Assembly (NCBI GenBank): GCA_963771465.1
Contig: CAVYTU010000015.1
Location: 160,001 to 224,000 of the forward strand
Direction of reading: 5' to 3'
DNA from: an uncultured delta proteobacterium
GTDB lineage: Bacteria; Desulfobacterota; Binatia; UBA9968
Length of the DNA stretch: 64,000 bases
Positions within the stretch are counted from its first letter, which is position 1. Each line of letters starts with the position of its first letter. Position numbers and translations under genes: made by a program. Under the pieces are notes generated by a model that saw only the letters and a program-made list of their open reading frames with translations, was not told the origin of the DNA and did not search any database. Below, in pieces: positions 33,101 through 41,167 of this stretch.

Positions 33101-33546
33101 ACTTCCACGAACATCTACGGCAATTCATCGATCACGCGCTGCCGCAAGAACTCCAGGCGGCGCGCGCGGGGATCGAATCGGAACTGCACGATATTCTCAG
33201 CGGCTTTTTTCAGTCCTCCGCTTACTCCGAACTCAAACAAGCAAGTATCCTCGGCCGCGAAGTGCCGCTGCTGATGCCCTGGAACGGCCGGATCATGGAA
33301 GGCGTCATCGATCTCATCTACGAGAAAAATGGCTTGCTTTACCTGGCTGACTATAAGACAGATAGGATCGAATCCAGCGAACTCAAACGAGGCGTCGAGC
33401 GCTATCGTCAGCAGGCGGAAATTTATGTCCAGGCGGCAGAAAAAAGCCTGCAACGCCAGGTGGCGGCGTTTAAGTTAATTTTTCTGCGGCCGGGCGAAGC
33501 CATGGAAGTCGGAACAAAGCTGAATAAAGAATTGACTCTGTTCTAA
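30124..33546 (+). CDS. addA: AddA-like UvrD-type helicase/nuclease
   Basis: AGAGTGKTT, LTFTNKAA, LIDEFQD, VGDPKQSIYAFR, SIHKSKGLEF, YVAMTRARE, GVIDLIY...ADYKT. Confidence 0.9.
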   Translation: MSVKQANVELPDANDRQVAVTTFDRNLVVTAGAGTGKTTLLVDRLVHLILRNPEPLKITEIVALTFTNKAADEMKLRLRERLQTYLAVELDHEPANDGEKKNKQAVEQLIALYQLSKAELDSRIHDALRNMERSDIGTIHSFAATLLRLYPLEAGVDPQFREDDGREFDRLFDEQWDQWLDVELALSSQRAEEWRKILARCQLDHIKVLAKSLSAEAVDLQRNSDTVNSTPAALTHWIARLDRDARALSARHPEDRVNEKLVRAAGKVLSEFKRTGQRGETWADELASLSDQSISRNVNGWDEVDIGNAQEMVRAAKGLLSVDGETTERLWRLLAPFAEDCRERFIRDGHLSFDGLLVRARNLVRDQRRVRADLKRRYRTILIDEFQDTDPIQYEILLYLAERSGQAAADWRQVKVEPGKIFVVGDPKQSIYAFRRADIEAYLEVVEKIIKAQNGLECRLTTNFRSDAAIIDAVNGIFENLIQAQDGLQPPYIAIQPAPGRAAARAGTLAKVAVRKIVTEKEINAESARRLEGESLARWLKEVVLDKARILNAGGESVYVQAKDVAILFRKLTDIHDYLEPFRRQGIRYVVEGERHFYAAKEIIDAVNLLRAVENPFDRLALVGVLRSPLGGLTDQQIYELHRQNLLDYRAAAKLDVKHCPPILAQLYDTLAQLNVETRTLAIGAAVAHVFQVLPVELLAACHFHGEQAVANLAKLKQQADQLGSEGLTTLKEAIRQLERRVLDVKEEGESVLAEENLDAVRIMSIHKSKGLEFPVVVLAGCQAGTEGRRSSDAESTYDWSTGLTGLRIGQIADLAGLFIREKTRLRNAGEQKRLLYVAMTRAREHLILSCAPSNRRSRGSFLAMLDDTLNGAIGAADAAKSVSVGNGTIEIEVVSETLSAPSRSNSKTQRARKSPNWQPFVDTWARRTANYEKAQQMAPFITPTSLKRQEETTTEAGNKVSRRIERQTPALVVGDLAHRFLQNWRFTGESKNFHEHLRQFIDHALPQELQAARAGIESELHDILSGFFQSSAYSELKQASILGREVPLLMPWNGRIMEGVIDLIYEKNGLLYLADYKTDRIESSELKRGVERYRQQAEIYVQAAEKSLQRQVAAFKLIFLRPGEAMEVGTKLNKELTLF

Positions 33547-33577
33547 GTCACGGTTGCCCAACGAGGGTCGAAAACTT

Positions 33578-34168
33578 ATGAAAATCTTTTTCTTCGACAT
33601 CGAAACCGTGCCGACCGAAAAGTCGCTTCAGGAGAATGGTCTCCTCGAAGAGCAAATCAAGCTTGACGAGCCGGAACTCATTAAAAAGCTCAGTCTGTCG
33701 GCCGCCACGGCAAAAATCATCTGCCTGTGTTACGCCATCGACCCACCCGGCGACGCGCCGATCCAAGTCCTCCAAGGCGAGGAAACCGACATCATCAGAA
33801 ACTTCTGGAAGCTTGCCATCGACTGCAATCTCTTCGTCGGCCACAATATTCTCGACTTTGACATGCGCTTTCTCTACCAACGCTCGGTGATCCACCAGAT
33901 CAAACCGTTGCGCGATATCCCGTTCGCCCGCTTCCGCAACGCGCCGATCTTCGACACCATGCAAGAGTGGAGCAAATGGGGCCGCGAACACGTGAGTCTC
34001 GATACCCTAGCAAAAGCCCTCAGCATCCCGTCGCCGAAAGAAAACCTCGACGGCTCTAAAGTATACCCCTACTATCGCGCCGGGAAATTGCCGGAGATCG
34101 TCGAGTATTGCAAACGGGATGTCGATTCGGTCCGGCAGGTTTACAAGCGGCTGACGTTTACGAAATAG
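33578..34168 (+). CDS. DEDDy 3'-5' exonuclease (PolB-exo-like, RNase H fold)
   Basis: FFDIET (Exo I), GHNILDFD (Exo II), YCKRDV (Exo III). Confidence 0.87.
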   Translation: MKIFFFDIETVPTEKSLQENGLLEEQIKLDEPELIKKLSLSAATAKIICLCYAIDPPGDAPIQVLQGEETDIIRNFWKLAIDCNLFVGHNILDFDMRFLYQRSVIHQIKPLRDIPFARFRNAPIFDTMQEWSKWGREHVSLDTLAKALSIPSPKENLDGSKVYPYYRAGKLPEIVEYCKRDVDSVRQVYKRLTFTK

Positions 34169-34294
34169 CTCCAGGCTCAGCGTAGGTAGATCTGCGGGCG
34201 CGTGTTATGAGGTAGGTTGACGGGCATTTTTCACCGCCTAATTGGTCACTTAATAGTTAACCATGAAGAAACAACGCCAAGAGTGCCGCGCCCA

Positions 34295-34762
34295 ATGAAA
34301 ATTCCGCTTTCTCTACCGGTGGGACCATGCTGGGAACTCGAGGAAGGTGCGGTCGATAGCATGATTTTTCTACAAGCGCTTCCCTCGGCATTTCCTGAAA
34401 CAACCGCCGTTTTCCTCGAAGGTTCATCAATCGCCGCGGATATCGTGCAGATCTTCGAGCAACACATCGACGCTGGTTCATACCTGCCAGAGCCACAGAC
34501 GCTCTGGTCAACGGGTACGATCAAGCGGTTCCGCTGTCGCTTTACCCCTTCCCTCTTTGAAGCGCTTGCCAGCGCCTCTCAGCACCACGCCGAACCAGAG
34601 CTTTTCGATCACATCTTCGTCTACGCAGACCGCCAGGCTGTGCTTGAGTGGCCGGACGCGTTCGCGAACTGCATGTGGATCGCCGATTCCATTTCAGAGA
34701 CACGTGTTAGCGCTTTCGCCACCAAACTAGGCTTGAGCTACAAGTTTGTAGGTCACAGCTAA
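34295..34762 (+). CDS. Hypothetical protein (possible integron-cassette-derived ORF)
   Basis: 155-aa ORF with no recognisable motif; stop codon lies within GCTAAC. Confidence 0.65.
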   Translation: MKIPLSLPVGPCWELEEGAVDSMIFLQALPSAFPETTAVFLEGSSIAADIVQIFEQHIDAGSYLPEPQTLWSTGTIKRFRCRFTPSLFEALASASQHHAEPELFDHIFVYADRQAVLEWPDAFANCMWIADSISETRVSAFATKLGLSYKFVGHS

Positions 34763-34820
34763 CCGCGCGTTTGTGAACGGCGGCACCGAAGATCGGCAAC
34801 GCGCCGACTTAACTTAACGT
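34757..34820 (+). other. Degenerate attC-like site
   Basis: AGCTAAC-CGCGC-GTTTGTG ... CTTAAC-TTAAC-GT spacing resembles attC boxes, but the terminal GTTRRRY is missing. Confidence 0.3.
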
Positions 34821-34850
34821 CCCCATAACTAGAATGGTTTGCCCGCTCGT

Positions 34851-34879
34851 TTGACTCCCTTTCCGTCAGACTATAAATT
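34851..34879 (+). promoter_or_regulatory. Sigma-70-type promoter for the cupin/eutA-like pair
   Basis: TTGACT-17 bp-TAAATT. Confidence 0.5.
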
Positions 34880-34983
34880 GATTGAATACATGCGCCGATC
34901 TTAAGCAGTTTGTTCTTTGCCGAGTCCGCAGATTCTGATCGATATAAGATCGTCACGACAACAACATCTTCTAAGGAGGCATT

Positions 34984-36180
34984 ATGGATCATCCGACCGA
35001 GCAGGCATTTAAGGAACCGACAGACAATAAAACCAGGGCCGGACTAGGGAAATTTCTCCGGCCCAACACGCCTTATGACAACTTCATGGAAGCGCAGGGG
35101 ATTCCGATTTATCGCGATATCGGCGTGCGCCGGGTGCAGGACTTGCCACGCAAACCGTGGAAGCGCATGGGCGGCAACGGCACGTTTATTCAACTGCTCG
35201 GCACCGAAGGGCTGTGGGGCAGTTATGTCGTCGAAGTTCCCGGCGCCGGGGCGTTGAATCCTGAAAAGCATCTCTACGAAGAGCAGTATCTCGTCGTTGA
35301 CGGCCGCGGCACGACGGAAGTCTGGGTAGATGGCAATCCAAAGAAGCTAACCTTCGAATGGCAGAGAGGTTCGATCTTCGCCATTCCGATGAACGCGACG
35401 CACCGCATCGTCAACGCCACTTCCAGTCCAGCACTCTTATTAGCTGGGACCACGGCGCCAAACATTATGAACAACTTCGGCAATGAAGATTTTATCTTCA
35501 ATTGTCCCTATCAATTCAAAGACCGCTTCGATCCCACCGACGATTATTTCAAATACAAAGAAGATGTGACGCCTGACCCCTTGCGCGGTCTCGCCATGCG
35601 CAAGACCAACATCATTCCCGACGTCATGAATTGCGAACTGCCGATGGATAACCGCCGCTCGCCGGGCTATCGGCGCATCGAACCGCATATGGCGGGACAG
35701 CATTTCTATTTTTGGATCGGCCAACATGAAACCGGCCGCTATTCCAAAGCTCACGCGCACGGCTCCGCCGCGGTGCTGATCTGTCTCAGCGGCAAAGGCT
35801 ACACTTACACCTGGCCGTCGAAGTTGGGCACGCATCCCTGGGAAAAAGGCACAACGGAAGAAATCCGCCGCCAAGATTACGAGCCAGTCGGCATGGTCAG
35901 CGCGGCGCCGATGAGCGGCAACTGGTTCCACGCCCATTTCGGCGCCAGCAAAGAGCCTCTGCGTCTTACCGCCTGGTTCGGCCCCAATGCGCCAGGACGT
36001 GACCGTGGCCGTCCCGGCGAAAAAGCGATCGACTACGGCGCCATCGACATGAAAGACGGCGGCACTGCGGTTCCATACAACGAAGAAGATCCCTTCCTGC
36101 GTAAAGAATTCGAAGAGACGCTAGCGGCCGTTGGCGCCAAGTCGCGCATGGAGCCCGATCTTTACAAGAACTCCTACTAA
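34984..36180 (+). CDS. Bicupin-domain protein
   Basis: Two cupin motif sets: EKHLYEE...PMNATH and KAHAH...WFHAH. TAAGGAGG RBS. Confidence 0.85.
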   Translation: MDHPTEQAFKEPTDNKTRAGLGKFLRPNTPYDNFMEAQGIPIYRDIGVRRVQDLPRKPWKRMGGNGTFIQLLGTEGLWGSYVVEVPGAGALNPEKHLYEEQYLVVDGRGTTEVWVDGNPKKLTFEWQRGSIFAIPMNATHRIVNATSSPALLLAGTTAPNIMNNFGNEDFIFNCPYQFKDRFDPTDDYFKYKEDVTPDPLRGLAMRKTNIIPDVMNCELPMDNRRSPGYRRIEPHMAGQHFYFWIGQHETGRYSKAHAHGSAAVLICLSGKGYTYTWPSKLGTHPWEKGTTEEIRRQDYEPVGMVSAAPMSGNWFHAHFGASKEPLRLTAWFGPNAPGRDRGRPGEKAIDYGAIDMKDGGTAVPYNEEDPFLRKEFEETLAAVGAKSRMEPDLYKNSY

Positions 36181-36183
36181 ACT

Positions 36184-36246
36184 CGTCTCGCGTCCAGCGT
36201 CTGGGTTCTAAGGTACCAATGAATTCCAGACGCTGGACTCTTAACT
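36184..36246. repeat. Heptamer-periodic inverted repeat / hairpin between the cupin and eutA-like genes
   Basis: GTCTCGC GTCCAGC GTCTGGG ... CCAGAC GCTGGAC TCTTAAC. Perfect 13-bp stem 36192-36204/36226-36238, followed by a T-run. Confidence 0.75.
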
Positions 36247-36268
36247 TTTTTACTGAATAAGGATTTCA

Positions 36269-37753
36269 ATGGCCACCGCACCTAGAGGTTCGTTTTCCAA
36301 TGCCAACCGCCACATGCAGGACGAAGAAAATCTTCGGCTCACCAGCGTCGGTGTCGATATCGGCTCCTCGACATCGCATCTGGTATTTTCCCGGCTCGAA
36401 CTGACCCTCGAAGGTTCGCGTTATCGCGTGACCAAACGCGACATCTTGAACGAATCGCAAATACTGCTCACACCCTACGTCGACGACACCCGCATCGATG
36501 TCGAAGCGCTCGGCGCGTTTATCAACCAGCAATACAAAGACGCAAAAATTCGCCGCGAGGAAGTCGACACCGGCGCATTGATTCTGACCGGCGTCGCCGT
36601 GCGCCGGCGTAACGCCCGCGCTATTGCCGATCTATTCGCGCAGGAGGCCGGCAAATTCGTCGCCGTTAGCGCCGGCGACGGCCTTGAAGCCACCATGGCT
36701 GGACACGGCTCGGGCGCGGTGGCGCACTCGGGAAAGATCGGCGGCGTAGTTTTGAATATCGACGTCGGCGGCGGCACGAGCAAGTTTGCGCTTTGTAACA
36801 ATGGCAAGGTGCAAGAAGTTTCCGCCATCGACATCGGCGCGCGCCTGCTGGCTTTCGACAACGACGGCGCCATCGTGCGCATCGAAGAGGCGGGACGAAA
36901 ACACGCCGCCTGGGCCGGCTTCGCCGTCGAACTCGGACAGAAAGTTTCAGAAGAAAATCTGCGCAAGATGGTCGCGGGGATGATGGATAAGCTTTTTGCC
37001 ATGCTGAAGCCGGAGCCGCTTAGCGATGACGTCAAGAGTTTGCTCCGGCTGCCGTCGCTTACGTTCAAGGGCGAAATTGATTGCGTGATGTTTTCCGGCG
37101 GAGTATCCGAGTTTATTTACAATCGGAGTAAATCGACTTTCGGCGATCTTGGGCCGCTGATCGCCGACGAGGTGCACCGGCGCATGGCCGACTTGGATCT
37201 GCTGGTGATGGAACCCAACGCGCGCATTCGCGCCACCGTCATCGGCGCCTCCCAGTACACCGTCCAGGTGAGTGGCAATACCATTTTCATTGCGCCCGAC
37301 GACGCTGTCCCGGTGCGCAACGTCGGCGTCGTCGCGCCGGAGTTCCCGCTCAACCAAGAGGATTTCACCAAAGAGCAGGTTCGCGATGCGCTGCTCAGCG
37401 CGCTGCGCCGGCTCGACCTGCTGCACGGTCGCCAGCCCGTCGCCGTGGCGTTTCACTGGGACGGCTCAGCGACCTTTCACCGGCTGCAAGCGTTTTGCAG
37501 CGGTGTCGTCGAAGGGCTCAAAGATATTATGGCCAAAGGCCACCCGCTTATTCTGGTCAATGACGGCGACATCGGCGGCATTGTCGGCCTTCACTTCCAG
37601 GAAGAGTTAAAAATCGACAGTGCCATTGTGTCCATCGACGGCATCGCGCTCAACGACTTCGACTACATCGATGTTGGCGCTCTGATTCCCTCGTCGGGCT
37701 CGGTACCCGTCGTCATCAAATCGCTGATCTTCCCCGCCTCGCCGCAAGAATAG
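36269..37753 (+). CDS. EutA-like ASKHA-fold ATPase (ethanolamine ammonia-lyase reactivase family)
   Basis: SVGVDIGSSTSHLVFS, DTGALILTG, FVAVSAG..LE, NIDVGGGTS, FSGGVSE, IRATVIGA, DYIDVG, VPVVIKSL. Confidence 0.9.
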   Translation: MATAPRGSFSNANRHMQDEENLRLTSVGVDIGSSTSHLVFSRLELTLEGSRYRVTKRDILNESQILLTPYVDDTRIDVEALGAFINQQYKDAKIRREEVDTGALILTGVAVRRRNARAIADLFAQEAGKFVAVSAGDGLEATMAGHGSGAVAHSGKIGGVVLNIDVGGGTSKFALCNNGKVQEVSAIDIGARLLAFDNDGAIVRIEEAGRKHAAWAGFAVELGQKVSEENLRKMVAGMMDKLFAMLKPEPLSDDVKSLLRLPSLTFKGEIDCVMFSGGVSEFIYNRSKSTFGDLGPLIADEVHRRMADLDLLVMEPNARIRATVIGASQYTVQVSGNTIFIAPDDAVPVRNVGVVAPEFPLNQEDFTKEQVRDALLSALRRLDLLHGRQPVAVAFHWDGSATFHRLQAFCSGVVEGLKDIMAKGHPLILVNDGDIGGIVGLHFQEELKIDSAIVSIDGIALNDFDYIDVGALIPSSGSVPVVIKSLIFPASPQE

Positions 37754-37780
37754 CGATCGTATCTTCACTGCGAATCCAAA

Positions 37781-37811
37781 ATGCCGGGAAGGTTTTTTAA
37801 TCTCCCGGCAT
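37781..37811. terminator. Hairpin downstream of the eutA-like gene
   Basis: ATGCCGGGA/TCCCGGCAT 9-bp inverted repeat; no strong U-tract on the + strand. Confidence 0.45.
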
Positions 37812-38086
37812 GGACGGCGCCAAGGCCACAGTCTGCACAAGCGATTGGCCGTGATGCCGGCGACTACCCCATCTCATCGGTGGATCTTGGCAGAAAACTA
37901 TCCAGGCCCGATTTAGCGCCAAATGTGCGCACAAATGTCTCCCGTTGGACAAGAAGTTTCCCGACTCGGGGTAATCCGGGCAAGCTATTGGAAACTCGTC
38001 AGATTTATCACGCGAACGGGCGAATACTCGCTTGACTTTGGGGGCGCATACGCATAGATAGTTGCGCCAATAACTGAGTCAACTGC

Positions 38087-38914
38087 ATGTCCAAGTACCG
38101 CGCCCGGCTTTGTCCGAACTGTAATTTCTTTATCGGCTTTGCGATCACTCAACATCGCACCCACGGGATCAAGTCCTCGCTGACGAATTTTTGTCTCAAT
38201 TGCAACTATAAGCTGCCTGTGCTTAGTATTATTCGTGGGGTTAGAAAATCATCCCGACCGACACGACACCACTCGAAGCTTCGACTCGTTGGCGCCACGC
38301 CGCCGTCCGCCAGCGTTGGCGTTGGAACTAAAACTATGGAAGCGAGAATAAGCCCAAGCGATTATGCTCGTCATCTAAGAGCGATCGGACAGGACCTGGA
38401 AAATCTCCATTTGAGGGCATTCAATCTCGAATGTACCGGCAGCGCCTATTTGGTTTGGGTTCGTTTCGAGGAGCAGCCCGAAAGCAGCAATCCGCTCTTT
38501 CGTATCAGCCGCAACCGGCTGCAAAAACTATGGCGTAACAAGATTCCGCCGCGCGTCCTCGGCCAGGAAGAACCCTATCAGCTTCCCTCTGCCGAGACTG
38601 GCAGGAGATTACGTTATTCGGTCGCCGAGCTGGACCGCATTGAGCGCGAACAGCGCGCCCGGCGGCGCCAGCAAAGCGGCACCGCCGACGGCCATTCGCT
38701 CTCCCAGTTACTGCGCACCATTGGCGATCTGGCTGGACGAAAGAACGAACGGTTGTTAGGCATTTCCTGGCAGGAACTTTCAGTCAGTATGGTAGTTGAA
38801 ACGCCGGAAGGCCGTAAAGAGATCGATGTTTTCCGGCCAGACAATCTCTACGATCAGTGGGTTAGAATGTATCTGCGGCGCGACAACCTCGCGTTTTCCG
38901 ACCCGTCACGCTAG
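38087..38914 (+). CDS. Hypothetical protein with N-terminal Zn-ribbon and internal repeat
   Basis: CPNC...CLNC; repeated motif LRAIGQDLE / LRTIGDLAG. Confidence 0.75.
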   Translation: MSKYRARLCPNCNFFIGFAITQHRTHGIKSSLTNFCLNCNYKLPVLSIIRGVRKSSRPTRHHSKLRLVGATPPSASVGVGTKTMEARISPSDYARHLRAIGQDLENLHLRAFNLECTGSAYLVWVRFEEQPESSNPLFRISRNRLQKLWRNKIPPRVLGQEEPYQLPSAETGRRLRYSVAELDRIEREQRARRRQQSGTADGHSLSQLLRTIGDLAGRKNERLLGISWQELSVSMVVETPEGRKEIDVFRPDNLYDQWVRMYLRRDNLAFSDPSR

Positions 38915-38964
38915 GCGCCAGACCGGCGCGCTTGCGCAACTCTGAAATTCTCCGTGCAGACAAT

Positions 38965-40863
38965 TTAGTGTTGGCGCATCGCCGCGCCGGCGCGTTCTGT
39001 GATAAGCAATAACTGTTCGTGCCCGGTCACGAGCTTGGCCAACGGCGCCGGAATTTGCAAAACAAACGTCGACCCCTGCCCAGCGCGACTCTCGACATGC
39101 ACCTTTCCGCCGAGCAGATCGACGTACTTCTTGACTACGTAAAGTCCGAGACCCATGCCGCCGCGCTGCATCCTCGCATCGGCGTCGTGAACTTGGCGGA
39201 ATCGTTCGAATACCGCGGCGATCTGTTCCTCAGGAATCCCCACGCCGGTGTCGGCGATGGTAAAATACAACATTTTTTTAGCCGCTAGATACTTGGTCGA
39301 AACGGTAATCGTGCCGTGATCGGTGAATTTGATGGCGTTGTTGATCAGATTTTCCAATATCCGTTTGAGCTTGCCCCGGTCACCCTGGAGAGTGGGAAAG
39401 TCGTCCGGATAGTCCCAAACGAATTTTACATTTTTCCCCAGCGGCTGGTCATATTGCAGTCTTAACTCGGAAAGGAACTCCCAGAGGCTCATGTCCTGCA
39501 ACTGGATGCGCAATGTCTCCGCCTCCATGGAGCTCACCTGGAGCACGCTGTTGATTAGGCGATTAAGATCTTTGGACTGGCGCGCCACGGTTTCGATCGC
39601 TTTTTCCTGGATCGGCGTCATCGAACCGAGCAATCCATCGCGAAACATATCTGTGTAACCGGTAATCACACTAAGCGGCGTCTTGAGCTCGGTGGTCACC
39701 GCTTTCAAAAAATCATCTTTGATGTGATGGGCATGACGCAGTTCTGCGCCTTGCTGCTGGCTGCGATCGTATAATTGCACGTGATGGATAGCGATCGCCG
39801 CTTGTCCGGCGAGGGTCGATAAAAAATCCACTTCATCGGCGCCAAACTGATGCGCCTCACGGGTGAAAAACGCCAAAGCGCCGAGCGCCTCATTGTTGGC
39901 GATCAGCGGCAAATCGAGAAACGCCACCAACCCTTCATCTTTCAATAATTGGAGGTGCGCGACCTCGGGGTCGGCAAAAGCATTGCCAACGGTCAATGGG
40001 ATAGCTTCGGTTACGACACGATCGATGAAATTGAGCAGCTCTTTTGACTCGCTAAAACGCGTCATATCAACGCCCCGCGTCGCCGCCGTTTCAAGCAGCC
40101 CGGTATCATGGCTCTTGAGCCGCACGATCGCCGCCGCGTAGGGCAGATGAATCAGCGCGCAGTCGAGAAATGCCTCCAGAATCTTGGCACTATCGATCGT
40201 CGAGGTCACCGACAAGTTAACTTTATGCAAAACCTCCAGGCGCTCCCGTTGGCGACGAATTTCTTCCGCCGTTTTTTGTTGGCGCTGGACTTGTTCTTCC
40301 TTCTGCCGAGCGCTGCGCCGCATCCGTGCAACTTGGGCGAAATAGCCGTAGAAAAGCGAAATGACATAAGGAAACGGCAGCCGCAGATAGATTTCCGGCG
40401 GTAGCACAGCGGCAGAACTAAACACCGAGTACGCATATATGGCCGGCGCCAGGAAGGTAACGACGAGCAGTCCGCGAACATCATTACAAATCGTGCTCAA
40501 CACCAAAGTCGTAACGCAAGCTATTAAGAAATCGGTGTTGGCAGTGCCGCTAAAACTAAGCGCGACGGCCAGAACCAGCGAATCAAACACCAGTAACGGC
40601 CCGTAAAAATAGGGCGAATCGAATAAGTCGTCGGCGACAAAATACAAGGTGGCGTGACTCAGGAGATAAAGACTCAAAATCGCCTGCACTTGATTCGCGG
40701 TCAACCACGCCGCCGGACTGTAATAGAGAAGATATGAGGACAGAATCACCAGCGGCCAGCGCAATCGGATGACCGTGTCTTTTTTAGCCGCATCGAAGAT
40801 GCGGTCTAGACTCCAGCTGCGCGAATTCGCGTGTGTGGAGTTGATAGCGCGGGTTGTGTCCAT
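38965..40863 (-). CDS. Membrane GAF-domain sensor histidine-kinase-like protein lacking the H-box His
   Basis: N-terminal TMs, GAF domain, H-box reads VTTELKTPL; intact N (NLINNAIKFT), G1 (DTGVGI), F and G2 (GMGLGL) boxes. Confidence 0.9.
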   Translation of the reverse strand: MDTTRAINSTHANSRSWSLDRIFDAAKKDTVIRLRWPLVILSSYLLYYSPAAWLTANQVQAILSLYLLSHATLYFVADDLFDSPYFYGPLLVFDSLVLAVALSFSGTANTDFLIACVTTLVLSTICNDVRGLLVVTFLAPAIYAYSVFSSAAVLPPEIYLRLPFPYVISLFYGYFAQVARMRRSARQKEEQVQRQQKTAEEIRRQRERLEVLHKVNLSVTSTIDSAKILEAFLDCALIHLPYAAAIVRLKSHDTGLLETAATRGVDMTRFSESKELLNFIDRVVTEAIPLTVGNAFADPEVAHLQLLKDEGLVAFLDLPLIANNEALGALAFFTREAHQFGADEVDFLSTLAGQAAIAIHHVQLYDRSQQQGAELRHAHHIKDDFLKAVTTELKTPLSVITGYTDMFRDGLLGSMTPIQEKAIETVARQSKDLNRLINSVLQVSSMEAETLRIQLQDMSLWEFLSELRLQYDQPLGKNVKFVWDYPDDFPTLQGDRGKLKRILENLINNAIKFTDHGTITVSTKYLAAKKMLYFTIADTGVGIPEEQIAAVFERFRQVHDADARMQRGGMGLGLYVVKKYVDLLGGKVHVESRAGQGSTFVLQIPAPLAKLVTGHEQLLLITERAGAAMRQH

Positions 40864-40920
40864 AGCAGAATTTCTGAGTGAGTGCGCAGTTACGACAGAT
40901 CAACGTCAATGACGTAAAAC

Positions 40921-40936
40921 TGCATTTAACATGCCA
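40921..40936 (-). promoter_or_regulatory. Sigma-54-type promoter upstream of the kinase-like gene
   Basis: Minus strand reads TGGCATGTTAAATGCA (TGGCA, GG-N10-GC). Confidence 0.6.
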
Positions 40937-41114
40937 GTGCTACCGTCTGATTGCACTTGGCTCGGTCAAAAATTCCACAAGGAATCCAATGAGTTGTCAC
41001 TGTGGGAGAATCGATCGCGGAAAACTTCTAACGAGCCAACGGCCAAATTACACCGATGTGGAACATTTTTGTCAGGGCCGGGTGAATGACCGACATGATC
41101 GATGAATGGGGCGA

Positions 41115-41140
41115 ATTTGTTCGGACATGTCCGAACAAAT
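41115..41140. repeat. Perfect 26-bp palindrome
   Basis: ATTTGTTCGGACA/TGTCCGAACAAAT. Confidence 0.85.
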
Positions 41141-41167
41141 CGATCCTGCATGCGGCAATTCGGTAGA

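Noticed and set aside
26870-33546. Helicase-nuclease pair as an anti-phage defence or Cas4-type system
   Set aside because: Domain order, sizes, Fe-S cysteines and ATGA coupling match housekeeping AddAB. No cas genes, array or defence-island context.
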